DNA of 64,000 nt from an uncultured Gammaproteobacteria bacterium (GCA_964496095.1 CAZBWU010000005.1:19704-83703), one strand, 5' to 3'. Positions 20,403-30,294 are shown, counted from the first letter of the stretch. The notes: a model not told the origin generated them from the sequence alone. Numbers and translations: made by a program.

Positions 20403-21953
20403 ATGAATAAATTAAAAACAACTTTGCTTATAATTGTCGATGGTTGGGGAGTTGGTAATACCAAAGACCCAGGCAATCCGGTGACGCCAAAAACCGCGCC
20501 TAATTATTTTGCGTTTCTAAAAAAATATCCAAATTCAAAATTGGAAGCCAGTGGCGAAAGCGTTGGGTTGTTTAAAGGCCAAGAAGGCAATAGCGAAGCT
20601 GGGCATCTTAATTTGGGAGCCGGAAGAGTGGTAAAACAAGATGCTTTATATATCTCCGAGTCAATTAAAGACGGGTCTTTTTTTAAAAATAACGCCTTTC
20701 ATCAAGCAATTCATCATGTCAAAAAATACAAAACCTCGGTGCATCTGATGGGTTTATTATCCAATCATAACAGCGCGCATTCTACGCCGGAGCATCTTTA
20801 TGCTTTGTTAGAATTATTAAATCAAGAAAAAGTAAAAAATGTTTATTTACATTTATTTACTGATGGTCGAGACTCTGGTCAATATGAAGCGAGCAAGCAT
20901 CTTCGTTTATTAGAAAAGCATTTGCATGGTAATGAAAAAATAGCGACAATTATGGGGCGTTTCTATGGTATGGATAGAAATAAAAACTGGGATAGGACCA
21001 AGTCTGCTTATGAAGCGCTAGTTTTGGGCAAAGGATTTAAAGCTATTAGCCCGGCCGAAGTTTTTCGCAATGCCTATAATAAAAAAGACTCCGATGAGTA
21101 TATTGAGCCAAGTATTATTATTGAAAAAGGTAAACCGGTGGCAACAATAAAAAATAACGACGCTGTTTTCTTTTTCAATCTTCGCAGTGACCGCTCTCGT
21201 CAGCTTACCAAAGCTTTTATCCAGCCAAATTTTAAACAAATAAATCAAGGGGCTTTTGTGCGCGCCAAACAGCCAAAAAATATTCGTTTTGTAGCTTTGA
21301 CTGATTTTGGTCCGGATTTGCCAAATATATTGACCGCTTTTCCAAGTCGTGATATCCAAAATGGTTTAGTGCAGACATTATGTCCTAGAAAACAATTGTA
21401 TGTTGCTGAATCCGAAAAATTTGCTCACGTTACTTATTTTTTAAACGGCGGTTATGCCCAGCATTTTTGCGATGAGAATTGGGTTAAGATTGCTTCGCTT
21501 GATGTAAAAAATTATGCGACCAAGCCGGAGATGAGCGCGGACAGATTGGCCGACTATGTAAGCGTGGCTTTAGAGGCCGGACAGTATGATTTTATTGCGA
21601 TGAATTTTGCTAATATGGATATGGTTGGTCACACAGGTGATTTTTCTGCTGGACAAAAAGCAGTGACTGTTGTTGACGCAGCCATTGGTAAAATTGTAAA
21701 ATCCTTATTAAAAAATAAAGGTCAAGGTATTATTACGGCCGATCATGGCAATATTGAAGTAATGATAAATCCGGAAAGCGGAGAGCCAGACACTGAACAT
21801 TCGGTCAATCCTGTGCCATTTATTTTGATTAACAGTTTTGTCAAAACGCCAAAAAAATTACCTGACGGCAAATTGGCCAACGTGGCGCCAACAATTTTGA
21901 AAATGATGGGAATAAAACAGCCTGCTGAAATGACTGCTAAAAGTTTAATTTAA
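20403..21953 (+). CDS. gpmI: 2,3-bisphosphoglycerate-independent phosphoglycerate mutase, paralog 1
   Basis: DGWG, GNSEAGHLN (phospho-Ser), FTDGRD, ADHGN and MVGHTG motifs of the iPGM/alkaline-phosphatase superfamily. Confidence 0.85.
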   Translation: MNKLKTTLLIIVDGWGVGNTKDPGNPVTPKTAPNYFAFLKKYPNSKLEASGESVGLFKGQEGNSEAGHLNLGAGRVVKQDALYISESIKDGSFFKNNAFHQAIHHVKKYKTSVHLMGLLSNHNSAHSTPEHLYALLELLNQEKVKNVYLHLFTDGRDSGQYEASKHLRLLEKHLHGNEKIATIMGRFYGMDRNKNWDRTKSAYEALVLGKGFKAISPAEVFRNAYNKKDSDEYIEPSIIIEKGKPVATIKNNDAVFFFNLRSDRSRQLTKAFIQPNFKQINQGAFVRAKQPKNIRFVALTDFGPDLPNILTAFPSRDIQNGLVQTLCPRKQLYVAESEKFAHVTYFLNGGYAQHFCDENWVKIASLDVKNYATKPEMSADRLADYVSVALEAGQYDFIAMNFANMDMVGHTGDFSAGQKAVTVVDAAIGKIVKSLLKNKGQGIITADHGNIEVMINPESGEPDTEHSVNPVPFILINSFVKTPKKLPDGKLANVAPTILKMMGIKQPAEMTAKSLI

Positions 21954-21958
21954 AATTT

Positions 21959-23536
21959 ATGTCTTATAAACCAGTTGTGCTTGCAATTATGGATGGTTGG
22001 GGAGTAGCGCCAGACTCAGATGGTAATGCCATTACCAAAGCCAGCACACCCAACTTCACCAAGTTTGTTAAAAACTATCCCACCATGACGCTTCATGCTT
22101 CAGGCAATGAGGTGGGTTTGTTATTTGGCGAGATGGGAAACTCGGAAGTTGGACACTTAAATATTGGCGCTGGCCGAGTCTATTATCAAAGTTGTCCGAG
22201 AATTAACATGGCTATTGCTGATGGTAGCTTTTTTGAAAACTCAGCTTTGCTTTCAGCGATAGAAAAAGTAAAAAAAAATAATTCTAGTTTACATTTAGTT
22301 GGATTGATCGGTTCGGGTAATGTGCATGCTAGTAGCGATCATCTTTATGCCTTGCTGGCGTTCTGTAAAAAACAAAATTTAAGCAAAAATGTTTTTATTC
22401 ATGCTATTTTGGATGGGCGTGATGCCTTGTATAATTCCGGTCGTGATTTTGTTTTAGAATTGCAACAAAAAATGACTGAATTAAAAGTTGGTCAGATTGC
22501 ATCTTTGTCTGGTCGTTATTATGCGATGGATAGAGATAATCGTTGGGATAGAGTAGAGAAAGCCTACAGAGCCATTGCCGAGGGTAAGGCCGATAGATAT
22601 AGCGACAATCCTATCCAAGCGATAGACCAATCTTACGAGCAAAAAAATTACGATGAAGAATTTATCCCGACCGTTATTACAAATAAAGACAAGCCTCTAG
22701 CCACTATTGTTGGTCAGGATGCTGTGATTGTCTTTAACTTTCGACCAGATCGCGCGCGTGAATTAACCCAAGCTTTTTCAGTGCCGTCTTTTAATAAATT
22801 TCCTGCTACTTATTTAAAAGATTTATCGGTAGTGACGATGACCGAGTATGCCAAAGATTTGCCAGTGTCAGTCGCTTTTGCGCCGATTGTGGTGCATAAT
22901 TCTTTGGCCGAAGTTATTAGTAAGGCTGGCCTTAAACAAATGCATATTGCCGAAACTGAAAAATACGCTCACGTCACTTTTTTCTTGAATGGCACAGTCG
23001 AAGAACCTTTTGTGGGAGAAGATAGAAAACTCGTGCCATCGCCACGTGTTTCTAGTTATGACCAGCTACCGGAAATGTCTGCATTAGAAATCACCAAAGA
23101 AGCCAAAAAAATAATCGATAGCGGTAAATACGATTTTATAGTTTTAAATTTTGCTAATCCTGATATGGTAGCTCACACCGGCAATTTGACCGCGGGTATC
23201 AAGGCGTGTGAAGTGACTGATAAATGTTTGGGAGAGTTGGCAGATCATACGCTTGCGCAAAATGGTGTGATGCTTGTGACTGCCGACCATGGCAATGCCG
23301 AAGAAATGGCCAATTTGCAAACCACGGAAATGGATAAAGAACACTCAACTAATCCTGTGCCTCTTATTATTGTGGGCAAAGATTTTATGGGGCAAGCTGG
23401 GCTGTCGGGTGATGCGCCTGAAGACGACTTAAGTCTCATTCAGCCAGTGGGAGTGCTTGCAGATGTGGCACCGACAATTTTGAAGCTTTTAGATATTCCA
23501 CAGCCGGAAGATATGACTGGACAGGCTTTGATTTAG
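21959..23536 (+). CDS. gpmI: 2,3-bisphosphoglycerate-independent phosphoglycerate mutase, paralog 2 (tandem duplicate)
   Basis: The same motif set (DGWG, GNSEVGHLN, LDGRD, ADHGN, MVAHTG). Roughly 40% identical to paralog 1 by eye. Confidence 0.8.
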   Translation: MSYKPVVLAIMDGWGVAPDSDGNAITKASTPNFTKFVKNYPTMTLHASGNEVGLLFGEMGNSEVGHLNIGAGRVYYQSCPRINMAIADGSFFENSALLSAIEKVKKNNSSLHLVGLIGSGNVHASSDHLYALLAFCKKQNLSKNVFIHAILDGRDALYNSGRDFVLELQQKMTELKVGQIASLSGRYYAMDRDNRWDRVEKAYRAIAEGKADRYSDNPIQAIDQSYEQKNYDEEFIPTVITNKDKPLATIVGQDAVIVFNFRPDRARELTQAFSVPSFNKFPATYLKDLSVVTMTEYAKDLPVSVAFAPIVVHNSLAEVISKAGLKQMHIAETEKYAHVTFFLNGTVEEPFVGEDRKLVPSPRVSSYDQLPEMSALEITKEAKKIIDSGKYDFIVLNFANPDMVAHTGNLTAGIKACEVTDKCLGELADHTLAQNGVMLVTADHGNAEEMANLQTTEMDKEHSTNPVPLIIVGKDFMGQAGLSGDAPEDDLSLIQPVGVLADVAPTILKLLDIPQPEDMTGQALI

Positions 23537-24681
23537 AGGGAAGCGCCTAATGTTTTTTTAATTTTTCCAATAACTTCAGTTTCAACTTCTTTAATATTTT
23601 TTCCACTTATTACAAAAGAAGCAGTTTTTTTGTTGCCTTCTGGTTGGTAGCCTTGAAGAAGTGCTTTGGCATCATGCTGTTTGCCGGCGCATAAAAATCC
23701 ATGGATTTTATTTTCTCCATGAGTATTTTCGTAGAGTAATAGTACGATTTTTGCTTCCGGTGAATTTTGGATAAGTTCATCAGTAAGATCTTTCAGTTCC
23801 TCTTCGGTAGCGCCAGCTCTGGCAAAATCTTCTCTAGTAATTGTTGTCCAAACGAGTCCTAGCTGTGGATCGTTTTCAATATGAGTCAGCGCTGTGCCCC
23901 AAATACGCATCGAAGCAACCGATTTGGTGCGGTATAAATTTTTGACGATTCTTTCTCTGTCTGCGCCAAGCGTTATTAGTTTGCTGGCAGTGGCGAGTGT
24001 GGTAGGGCTGACATTAGCAGTTTTGAAACTTTGAGTTTGGCTAATCATGCCGGTAAGTAAGAATGTGGCGATGTCAGCATCAATATCAGGTTCGGAAATT
24101 TTTACCATTGCCTTGTAGATGATTTCGGAAATAGAAGTGGCGTTAAGTTCCACAAAATTTACTTGGCCAAAATGTTCGTTGGCTGGGTGGCTATCAAAAT
24201 TGATAACCGGAACTTTGTAAAACAAGTCGGTGTTATTAAAAAAAACATTGCCCAAAGATTCTAAATCTTGAGCGTTAACGGTAATAATCAAATCGTATTT
24301 GAGACCAGACTGAGCCGTGCGGAGTTCATTCTTGGTGATAGTACCTTGCTTGGGAGTGAGGTAAATTGAAAGCCAGTTGTCTTTGATGTCATAACTAAGT
24401 GTATCAATTTTGATATTACTGACATCAACTTTGAGAATGAATTTTTGTAAGTGAGAAAGTTGTGGTTGGATTTCTTCTAGATTTTTGAGGAAGCGGAGAT
24501 TTTTTGGCACAACAAAATTATCAGCAACGACATCAACTTGCTTATGTTTTTTTTCCAGGAATTTCTTCCAGGCCATGGCTCCACAAACTGAATCTGCGTT
24601 TTGGTTGGCGCTTAGTACCAATAAAACATGCCGACTCTGTTCCAAGAGATGGTTGAGTTGTTCGGTTTCGGTAAATGACAT
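23533..24681 (-). CDS. DHH/DHHA1-family phosphoesterase-like protein with degenerate catalytic motifs
   Basis: Collinear with the NrnA at 55195-56157. Motif I is NQNADSV instead of HQNPDGD, motif III is DSHP instead of DHH, and the GGGH region is degenerate. Confidence 0.5.
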   Translation of the reverse strand: MSFTETEQLNHLLEQSRHVLLVLSANQNADSVCGAMAWKKFLEKKHKQVDVVADNFVVPKNLRFLKNLEEIQPQLSHLQKFILKVDVSNIKIDTLSYDIKDNWLSIYLTPKQGTITKNELRTAQSGLKYDLIITVNAQDLESLGNVFFNNTDLFYKVPVINFDSHPANEHFGQVNFVELNATSISEIIYKAMVKISEPDIDADIATFLLTGMISQTQSFKTANVSPTTLATASKLITLGADRERIVKNLYRTKSVASMRIWGTALTHIENDPQLGLVWTTITREDFARAGATEEELKDLTDELIQNSPEAKIVLLLYENTHGENKIHGFLCAGKQHDAKALLQGYQPEGNKKTASFVISGKNIKEVETEVIGKIKKTLGASL

Positions 24682-24857
24682 GAATTTTGACTTGTTCTGT
24701 TAGACAGCTAAAAAATCTGAATAACAGCCTATATTAGCAGTATTTTAAAGGTTTGTCAAATATAGATAGGCAGCCATTTAAAGATGATATTTTCGTCTAA
24801 AAACTCGAACGCCCCGGCTTGTGGCCGGGGCTTCGAGCGTTGTCGTTGCCCCTTCAA

Positions 24858-25283
24858 CTACGGCGGCGGGGATGACCACAGGTCATCCCCAGTTATCGGG
24901 TCCTTCTCCCCGCTCGGGAAGTAGAGGATCTTGCCTGACTTCTCCTCCCGACCACGCCTGGAAGGGAGGGGGCGGAAGATTTCTTGCCGCCCGTGGAGCC
25001 ACTTGCCCGACGGGCAAAGTAGCCCAACGGCAGGACCATTGCAGTTCCCCCGTCGGCTTGTGTCCTCCTTCCCGTCAGGCCCGACCCACTCGCTTCTGCA
25101 GTTGCAGTAGCAGGTGGAGGGCGGGCCGCAGGGCGGCGACAGTACCGGCTCGTGGTCGCGGTGCTTGAAGACGACGATCTCGGTGGGGTTGGCAAGGGCC
25201 TTCTCCTTCGTGGTGTGGCAGTCGTGGACCACCACGCCGACAGTCAGAAGAATAGCCCCGACGATGGCGATGATTTCTTTCAT
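24858..25283 (-). CDS. small Cys-rich protein with an N-terminal signal anchor, encoded in a GC-rich island
   Basis: Only frame in the island with an ATG, a hydrophobic N-terminus (MKEIIAIVGAILLTVGVVV) and a downstream hairpin terminator (GCCCCGGCTTGTGGCCGGGGC at 24808-24832). Frame choice is uncertain because high GC yields long ORFs in several frames. Confidence 0.35.
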   Translation of the reverse strand: MKEIIAIVGAILLTVGVVVHDCHTTKEKALANPTEIVVFKHRDHEPVLSPPCGPPSTCYCNCRSEWVGPDGKEDTSRRGNCNGPAVGLLCPSGKWLHGRQEIFRPLPSRRGREEKSGKILYFPSGEKDPITGDDLWSSPPP

Positions 25284-25664
25284 TGTATCTAGCCTTCCCG
25301 CCTATTGGTGGAGGTGTGAGACACCAACAGGCGTATCAAAAATCGTTAAAATTTCTAATACGCATGTTGATGTCTTTCGCTACCTTTTAACAACGCTCTT
25401 TTGAAATGGGTATCTGCCTATTATATTAGGCTTATTACCACTTTCTCAATCGCCTATATGCCGTAAGCATAAAGACGATTGTTAAAAACAGTAAAATTTG
25501 TTAGTTAATTCAAGACTTTATCATCTTATACGGGATTTGTCAATCTTCTCCTTTTCTGTTATTATTTATCTAAATCTATAACATTTATAGGGGCCTTGCC
25601 CATATAATCTCATTTGCTCGAAAATGTCTCGACAAGTCAGACATTTTACTCACTCATTTCGATT

Positions 25665-28259
25665 ATGCACGAACTACCAAAGGTTTACGAACCTCACAAT
25701 TACGAAGATGAAATCTATAAAAAATGGGAAGAATCAGGGCTTTTTAACCCTGATGTTTGTGTTGAGAAAGGTTTTACCAAAAGTGACGCTGAGCCATTTT
25801 CTATTGTCTTGCCTCCGCCAAACGTCACAGGTACTTTGCATATGGGTCATGCCGCCATGCTGGCCATTGAAGACGTGATGGTGCGCTACCATCGGATGAA
25901 AGGCGACAGGACGCTCTGGGTGCCTGGTACTGACCATGCGGCTATTGCAACTCAGTCTAAGGTAGAAAAATTGGTCATGGAGAAAGAAGGTAAAAGTAAA
26001 TATGATTTGGGCAGGTCCGAATTTCTCAAACGAGTAGAAAAATTTGCTCAGGAAAGTCATGACACAATAGTTAATCAATGTAAAAAAATGGGTGCTTCTT
26101 TGGATTGGAGTCGAGAAGCCTATACGCTGGATGAAAAAAGAAATTTGGCTGTCCGCACCGTGTTTAAAAAAATGTATGATGACGGACTGATTTATCGTGG
26201 ACACAGAATTGTAAACTGGGATCCAAAAGGTCAGACTGTAATTTCGGATGACGAATTAGTTTATGAAGAAAGAAAAGCAAAATTTTATACTTTTAAGTAT
26301 GGTCCTTTTGAAATAGGCACTGCTAGACCGGAAACAAAATTTGGCGATAAGTATGTGGTCATGCATCCAGAGGACAAACGTTATAAAAAATGGAAGCACA
26401 TGCAAAAAATAACTGTCGAGTGGATTAACGGTCCGATTGAGGCGACTGTTATTAAAGACCCAATGATTGATATGGAATTTGGGACGGGTGTGATGACCAT
26501 TACTCCTTGGCATTCCCATGAAGATTTTGCCTTGGCTGAAAAATATAAATTAGACAAAGAACAAATTATTGATAAATCTGGAAAGTTGCTTGAAGTCGCG
26601 CAAGAATTTGCGGGGATGGAAATCGGCAAAGCGCGGGACAAGATAGTACAAAAATTAAACGCCAAAGGCCTGCTTGTCTCAGTTGATGAAAATTATGTAA
26701 ATCGGATTGCGACGGCTGAAAGAACTGGTGGAGTTATTGAGCCACAGATAATGGAACAATGGTTTATAAATGTAAATAAGCCGATTGAAGCTCGGGATGG
26801 AAAAACTTTGAAAGAGTTGATGCAAGATGTGGTAAAAAATAAACAAATAGAAATAGTTCCTGATCGATTTGAAAAAACTTATTTTCATTGGATAGATAAT
26901 TTGCGAGATTGGTGTATTAGCCGCCAGATTTGGTTTGGGCATCGGATTCCGGTTTGGTATAAAGGTGAAGAGATTCATGCTGGTATTGAACCACCAACTG
27001 GTGAGGGTTGGACTCAAGACTCAGACACTCTAGATACTTGGTTTAGTGCTGGACTTTGGACATTCTCTACTTTAGGTTATCCCGATCTTAACGCCGAAGA
27101 TTTGAAAAAGTACCATCCAACTTCTGTGCTTGAAACCGGTTATGATATTTTATTTTTCTGGGTAGCGAGAATGATTCTAATGACTACTTACACTCTTGGT
27201 GAAGTGCCGTTTAAGACGGTTTACTTGCACGGACTTGTACGTGATGAGCAGGGGAGAAAGATGAGCAAGTCTTTGGATAATATTATCAATCCGCTTGATA
27301 TGATTGCTAAGTATGGCACAGATGCGACGCGTTTGTCGTTGCTCTTGGGCAATACGCCGGGCAATGATATGAAATTATCCGAAGAAAAAATTGCCGGCTT
27401 TAGAAACTTTACCAATAAGCTTTGGAATATTTCGAGGTTTATTTTATCTCAGGTAGATGATAAAGAGCCAGTTATGACAATGGCCGATTCTTGGATTGTA
27501 GGCAGGATGGCGAAGTCGTTCGGAGAGTTCAGAGAAAGCATGGAAAAGAATCAGTTTTCAGTCGCAGGAGAAAGCCTACGTGATTTTACCTGGAATGATT
27601 TAGCGGATTGGTATTTGGAAATTTCCAAGATTGAAGGAAATAAGTCAGGAGTTTTAATGCTTATTTTAGATTTTATTTTAAAAGCATGGCATCCGTTTAT
27701 GCCTTTTGTGACTGAGGCTATCTGGCAAGAAATACATGAGGGTGGAAAAATGCTCATGGTAGAAAATTTTAAAATTTCAGAAGGCCTTTTGGAAGCATCT
27801 CCTAAAAAAACCTCAGTAAAAAACGAAGAAACAGCTTGGTTAGATTTCGAAGTTGTGCGAAACGCGGTAGTTGCTATCAGATCTTTGCGCGCCGAATATA
27901 AAATAGAACCTGTTAAAAAAATCACGGTAAAAATTAATTTTGGAAAACAGGAGAGCATAATAAGAGAAAACGAACATATAATTAAAGGATTAGCTCGTTT
28001 AGAAAAAATAGAATTTGTAGAGTCTGGCGCAGAAATTTCTTTGGATTTGACTGGTGCAATAGATGTAGAAAAAGAAAAACCAAGGCTAGAAAAAGAAATA
28101 GCTGAAATTAAAAAATATGTTTCTGGTTTGGAAAATAAATTATCCAATCAAGAATTTGTCACCAATGCCCCTCCAGCAGTAGTGGAAAAAGAAAAGGCAA
28201 AGTTGAGTGAAGCACAGGGGAAGTTGGAAAAGTTACAAGAACAATTAAATAAGATGTAA
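25665..28259 (+). CDS. valS: valyl-tRNA synthetase
   Basis: PPPNVTGTLHMGHA (HIGH) and KMSKS. Editing domain and C-terminal coiled coil. Start at the internal ATG. Confidence 0.9.
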   Translation: MHELPKVYEPHNYEDEIYKKWEESGLFNPDVCVEKGFTKSDAEPFSIVLPPPNVTGTLHMGHAAMLAIEDVMVRYHRMKGDRTLWVPGTDHAAIATQSKVEKLVMEKEGKSKYDLGRSEFLKRVEKFAQESHDTIVNQCKKMGASLDWSREAYTLDEKRNLAVRTVFKKMYDDGLIYRGHRIVNWDPKGQTVISDDELVYEERKAKFYTFKYGPFEIGTARPETKFGDKYVVMHPEDKRYKKWKHMQKITVEWINGPIEATVIKDPMIDMEFGTGVMTITPWHSHEDFALAEKYKLDKEQIIDKSGKLLEVAQEFAGMEIGKARDKIVQKLNAKGLLVSVDENYVNRIATAERTGGVIEPQIMEQWFINVNKPIEARDGKTLKELMQDVVKNKQIEIVPDRFEKTYFHWIDNLRDWCISRQIWFGHRIPVWYKGEEIHAGIEPPTGEGWTQDSDTLDTWFSAGLWTFSTLGYPDLNAEDLKKYHPTSVLETGYDILFFWVARMILMTTYTLGEVPFKTVYLHGLVRDEQGRKMSKSLDNIINPLDMIAKYGTDATRLSLLLGNTPGNDMKLSEEKIAGFRNFTNKLWNISRFILSQVDDKEPVMTMADSWIVGRMAKSFGEFRESMEKNQFSVAGESLRDFTWNDLADWYLEISKIEGNKSGVLMLILDFILKAWHPFMPFVTEAIWQEIHEGGKMLMVENFKISEGLLEASPKKTSVKNEETAWLDFEVVRNAVVAIRSLRAEYKIEPVKKITVKINFGKQESIIRENEHIIKGLARLEKIEFVESGAEISLDLTGAIDVEKEKPRLEKEIAEIKKYVSGLENKLSNQEFVTNAPPAVVEKEKAKLSEAQGKLEKLQEQLNKM

Positions 28260-28265
28260 GAAAAT

Positions 28266-29045
28266 ATGCTTGATGCAGCCCACGCGCCCATTGGAGAAGC
28301 GGTCTTGTCAGATATGGATCGTCGTAAAAAGGAGAGAGCTGAAATAAATGATGCCGCTTTAAAAGTCCAGACAGCGCCAGATGACGAAACAAAAAAAATA
28401 GCTGTGGATGAGCTATGGCTTAAAGTAGAGTCTAGTATAGAATCTTTTCTTAGAGAGAGGGCAAAAGAAAATACTAAAGATATTGTACAGGAATTTTATA
28501 CAAAGTTATCGTACGTCGCTTGTAAATGGAGAAGCGAAGAGGGAGATTTTTTGTCGTATTGCTTTACGGCAGTTCGTAATTCGTTTCTGACATATTTGGA
28601 AAAAAAAAGAACCTACAGTAGATATAAAGATAAATTTGAAGATTCAGTTCGTGGAAATGTTGCAGAGCCTGATGGTAGTTATTTTACCGAGAATAACTTT
28701 TCTATTGAAGATAAAATAGCAATTGGGCAAATAAAGTCTAAAATCTTAGGGTGGATTAGAGGAGGCTATATTAGTCCAGTCGAGGGAATGGCGGTAGTTT
28801 TAAAATACGGACTCGGTAAAGATATGGTGATTGCAATTTTATCTGACTTTGATGGTAGGGCTAAAGAAGGGCCAAGGGCCGATAATTTTAAAAAATTAAG
28901 AAATTTAAATTTGGACAATATAGATTTTGATTCCGGAATGGTTGATATGAAAATTGCGTCCCTATTAAGAAAAAGAAATGGTTCGGTAGAAGAATTTGTA
29001 AATGGGGCATTAAATAAAATAAAAGTTCAGTTGAGGGTAGAATAA
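28266..29045 (+). CDS. hypothetical protein with weak sigma-70 region 2 / region 4-like segments
   Basis: VQEFYTKLSYVACKW...GDFLSYCFTAVRNSFLTYLEKKR resembles sigma region 2.1-2.3. SPVEGMAVVLKYGLG resembles the start of region 4. No clear HTH. Confidence 0.3.
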   Translation: MLDAAHAPIGEAVLSDMDRRKKERAEINDAALKVQTAPDDETKKIAVDELWLKVESSIESFLRERAKENTKDIVQEFYTKLSYVACKWRSEEGDFLSYCFTAVRNSFLTYLEKKRTYSRYKDKFEDSVRGNVAEPDGSYFTENNFSIEDKIAIGQIKSKILGWIRGGYISPVEGMAVVLKYGLGKDMVIAILSDFDGRAKEGPRADNFKKLRNLNLDNIDFDSGMVDMKIASLLRKRNGSVEEFVNGALNKIKVQLRVE

Positions 29046-29067
29046 ATTATAGTTTACTTTCTTAAAT

Positions 29068-30252
29068 ATGAAAACAAATACCGACCCACAAAAAATAGAA
29101 GAACTGTTAAGTCGAGGCGTGGAAAATATTTACCCTAAACGGGAATTTTTGGAAGCACAACTTAAATCCGGCAAACAGCTTACGCTCTATACTGGCTATG
29201 ATCCAACTGCGCCAACGTTGCATATCGGTCATGGTATCACTATGCTCAAGCTTCGTCAGTTCCAGGAATTGGGGCATAAAGTAATAATGCTTATTGGTGA
29301 TTTTACCGGTATGATTGGCGACCCGACTGACAAAACTTCTGCTAGACAAAAACTGACCCGCAAGCAGGTTTTGGAAAATTGTAAGAATTATAAAAAACAA
29401 GCAGGAGCTATTTTGAATTTAACTGGCAAGAATCCTGTGCAGGTAAAATTTAATAGTAAATGGTTGGCTAAAATGAGCTTTGCCGATGTAGTGGAGCTAT
29501 CTTCGCACTTTACAGTACAGAGAATGATGGAGCGGGATATGTTCCAAAATAGAATTAAAGAAGAGAAGCCGATTTACCTTCATGAATTTTTGTATCCGCT
29601 TATGCAAGGCTATGATAGTGTGGCGATGGATGTGGACGGAGAGGTGGGCGGAAATGATCAGACATTTAATATGTTGGCTGGCCGAACACTCATGAAAGAT
29701 TTGAAGAATAAAGAAAAATTTGTTTTGACAAGCAAATTGCTTGTTGATTCTAGTGGTAAGAAGATGGGAAAGACCGAAGGAAATATGGTGGCCTTTTCCG
29801 ATACGCCGGAAGATATGTTTGGTAAAGTGATGAGTTGGACAGACGGGATGATCAAAAACGGCTTTGATTTGTGCACGACCATGCCAGTTGTTGAAATAGA
29901 AAAATATTTAAAAGAAATTCCAAATCCTCGCGACCAAAAGCTACTTCTCGGATATGAAATCGTAAAAACATTTTTGGGAGAACCAGAAGCTCTTAAGGCG
30001 CAACAAAATTTTATTAGAAAATTTTCTGAAAAAGAAACTCCAGATGATATTCCCGAACTCAAACCAACTGCTTTAGATATTATTACCGTGTTAGTAGAAG
30101 CAAAAATTTGTAAAAGTAAATCCGAAGCTAGACAAGTAATATCTCAAGGTGGTGTAAAAATAAATGATAAGAAAGTAGAAGGTTTTGAAATGCAAGTAAA
30201 AGCAGGGGATGTAGTGCAAAAAGGAAGTCGTTTCTTTGTAAAAATAAAATAA
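29068..30252 (+). CDS. tyrS: tyrosyl-tRNA synthetase
   Basis: TGYDPTAPTLHIGHG (HIGH), KMGKT (KMSKS). C-terminal S4 domain. Confidence 0.9.
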   Translation: MKTNTDPQKIEELLSRGVENIYPKREFLEAQLKSGKQLTLYTGYDPTAPTLHIGHGITMLKLRQFQELGHKVIMLIGDFTGMIGDPTDKTSARQKLTRKQVLENCKNYKKQAGAILNLTGKNPVQVKFNSKWLAKMSFADVVELSSHFTVQRMMERDMFQNRIKEEKPIYLHEFLYPLMQGYDSVAMDVDGEVGGNDQTFNMLAGRTLMKDLKNKEKFVLTSKLLVDSSGKKMGKTEGNMVAFSDTPEDMFGKVMSWTDGMIKNGFDLCTTMPVVEIEKYLKEIPNPRDQKLLLGYEIVKTFLGEPEALKAQQNFIRKFSEKETPDDIPELKPTALDIITVLVEAKICKSKSEARQVISQGGVKINDKKVEGFEMQVKAGDVVQKGSRFFVKIK

Positions 30253-30294
30253 CTTTACCTATACTTTTTGTCACCAAAAAGTATCAAAAAAGTG

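Noticed and set aside
24821-25195. Alternative long ORFs in the GC-rich island 1 (24821-25168 +, 24893-25195 -)
   Set aside because: These are the product of high GC suppressing stop codons. The translations are Arg/Ala/Pro/Ser-rich nonsense without an N-terminal signal. The 24858-25283 - frame is preferred because of its hydrophobic N-terminus and downstream terminator.
25290-25664. Possible T-box leader upstream of valS (and likewise upstream of argS at 30253-30419)
   Set aside because: No conserved T-box sequence (AAUUAGGGUGGNACCGCG-like) and no specifier-loop architecture was recognisable. The argS spacer of about 165 nt is too short. Only generic hairpins are present.
30-28147. Numerous antisense or overlapping ORFs in the six-frame track (for example 30-392 -, 865-1152 +, 1541-1792 -, 2558-2926 -, 5122-5427 +, 26679-27017 -, 27551-28147 -)
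   Set aside because: They lie inside or antisense to well-supported conserved genes, have low-complexity compositions, and lack motifs. Treated as spurious.
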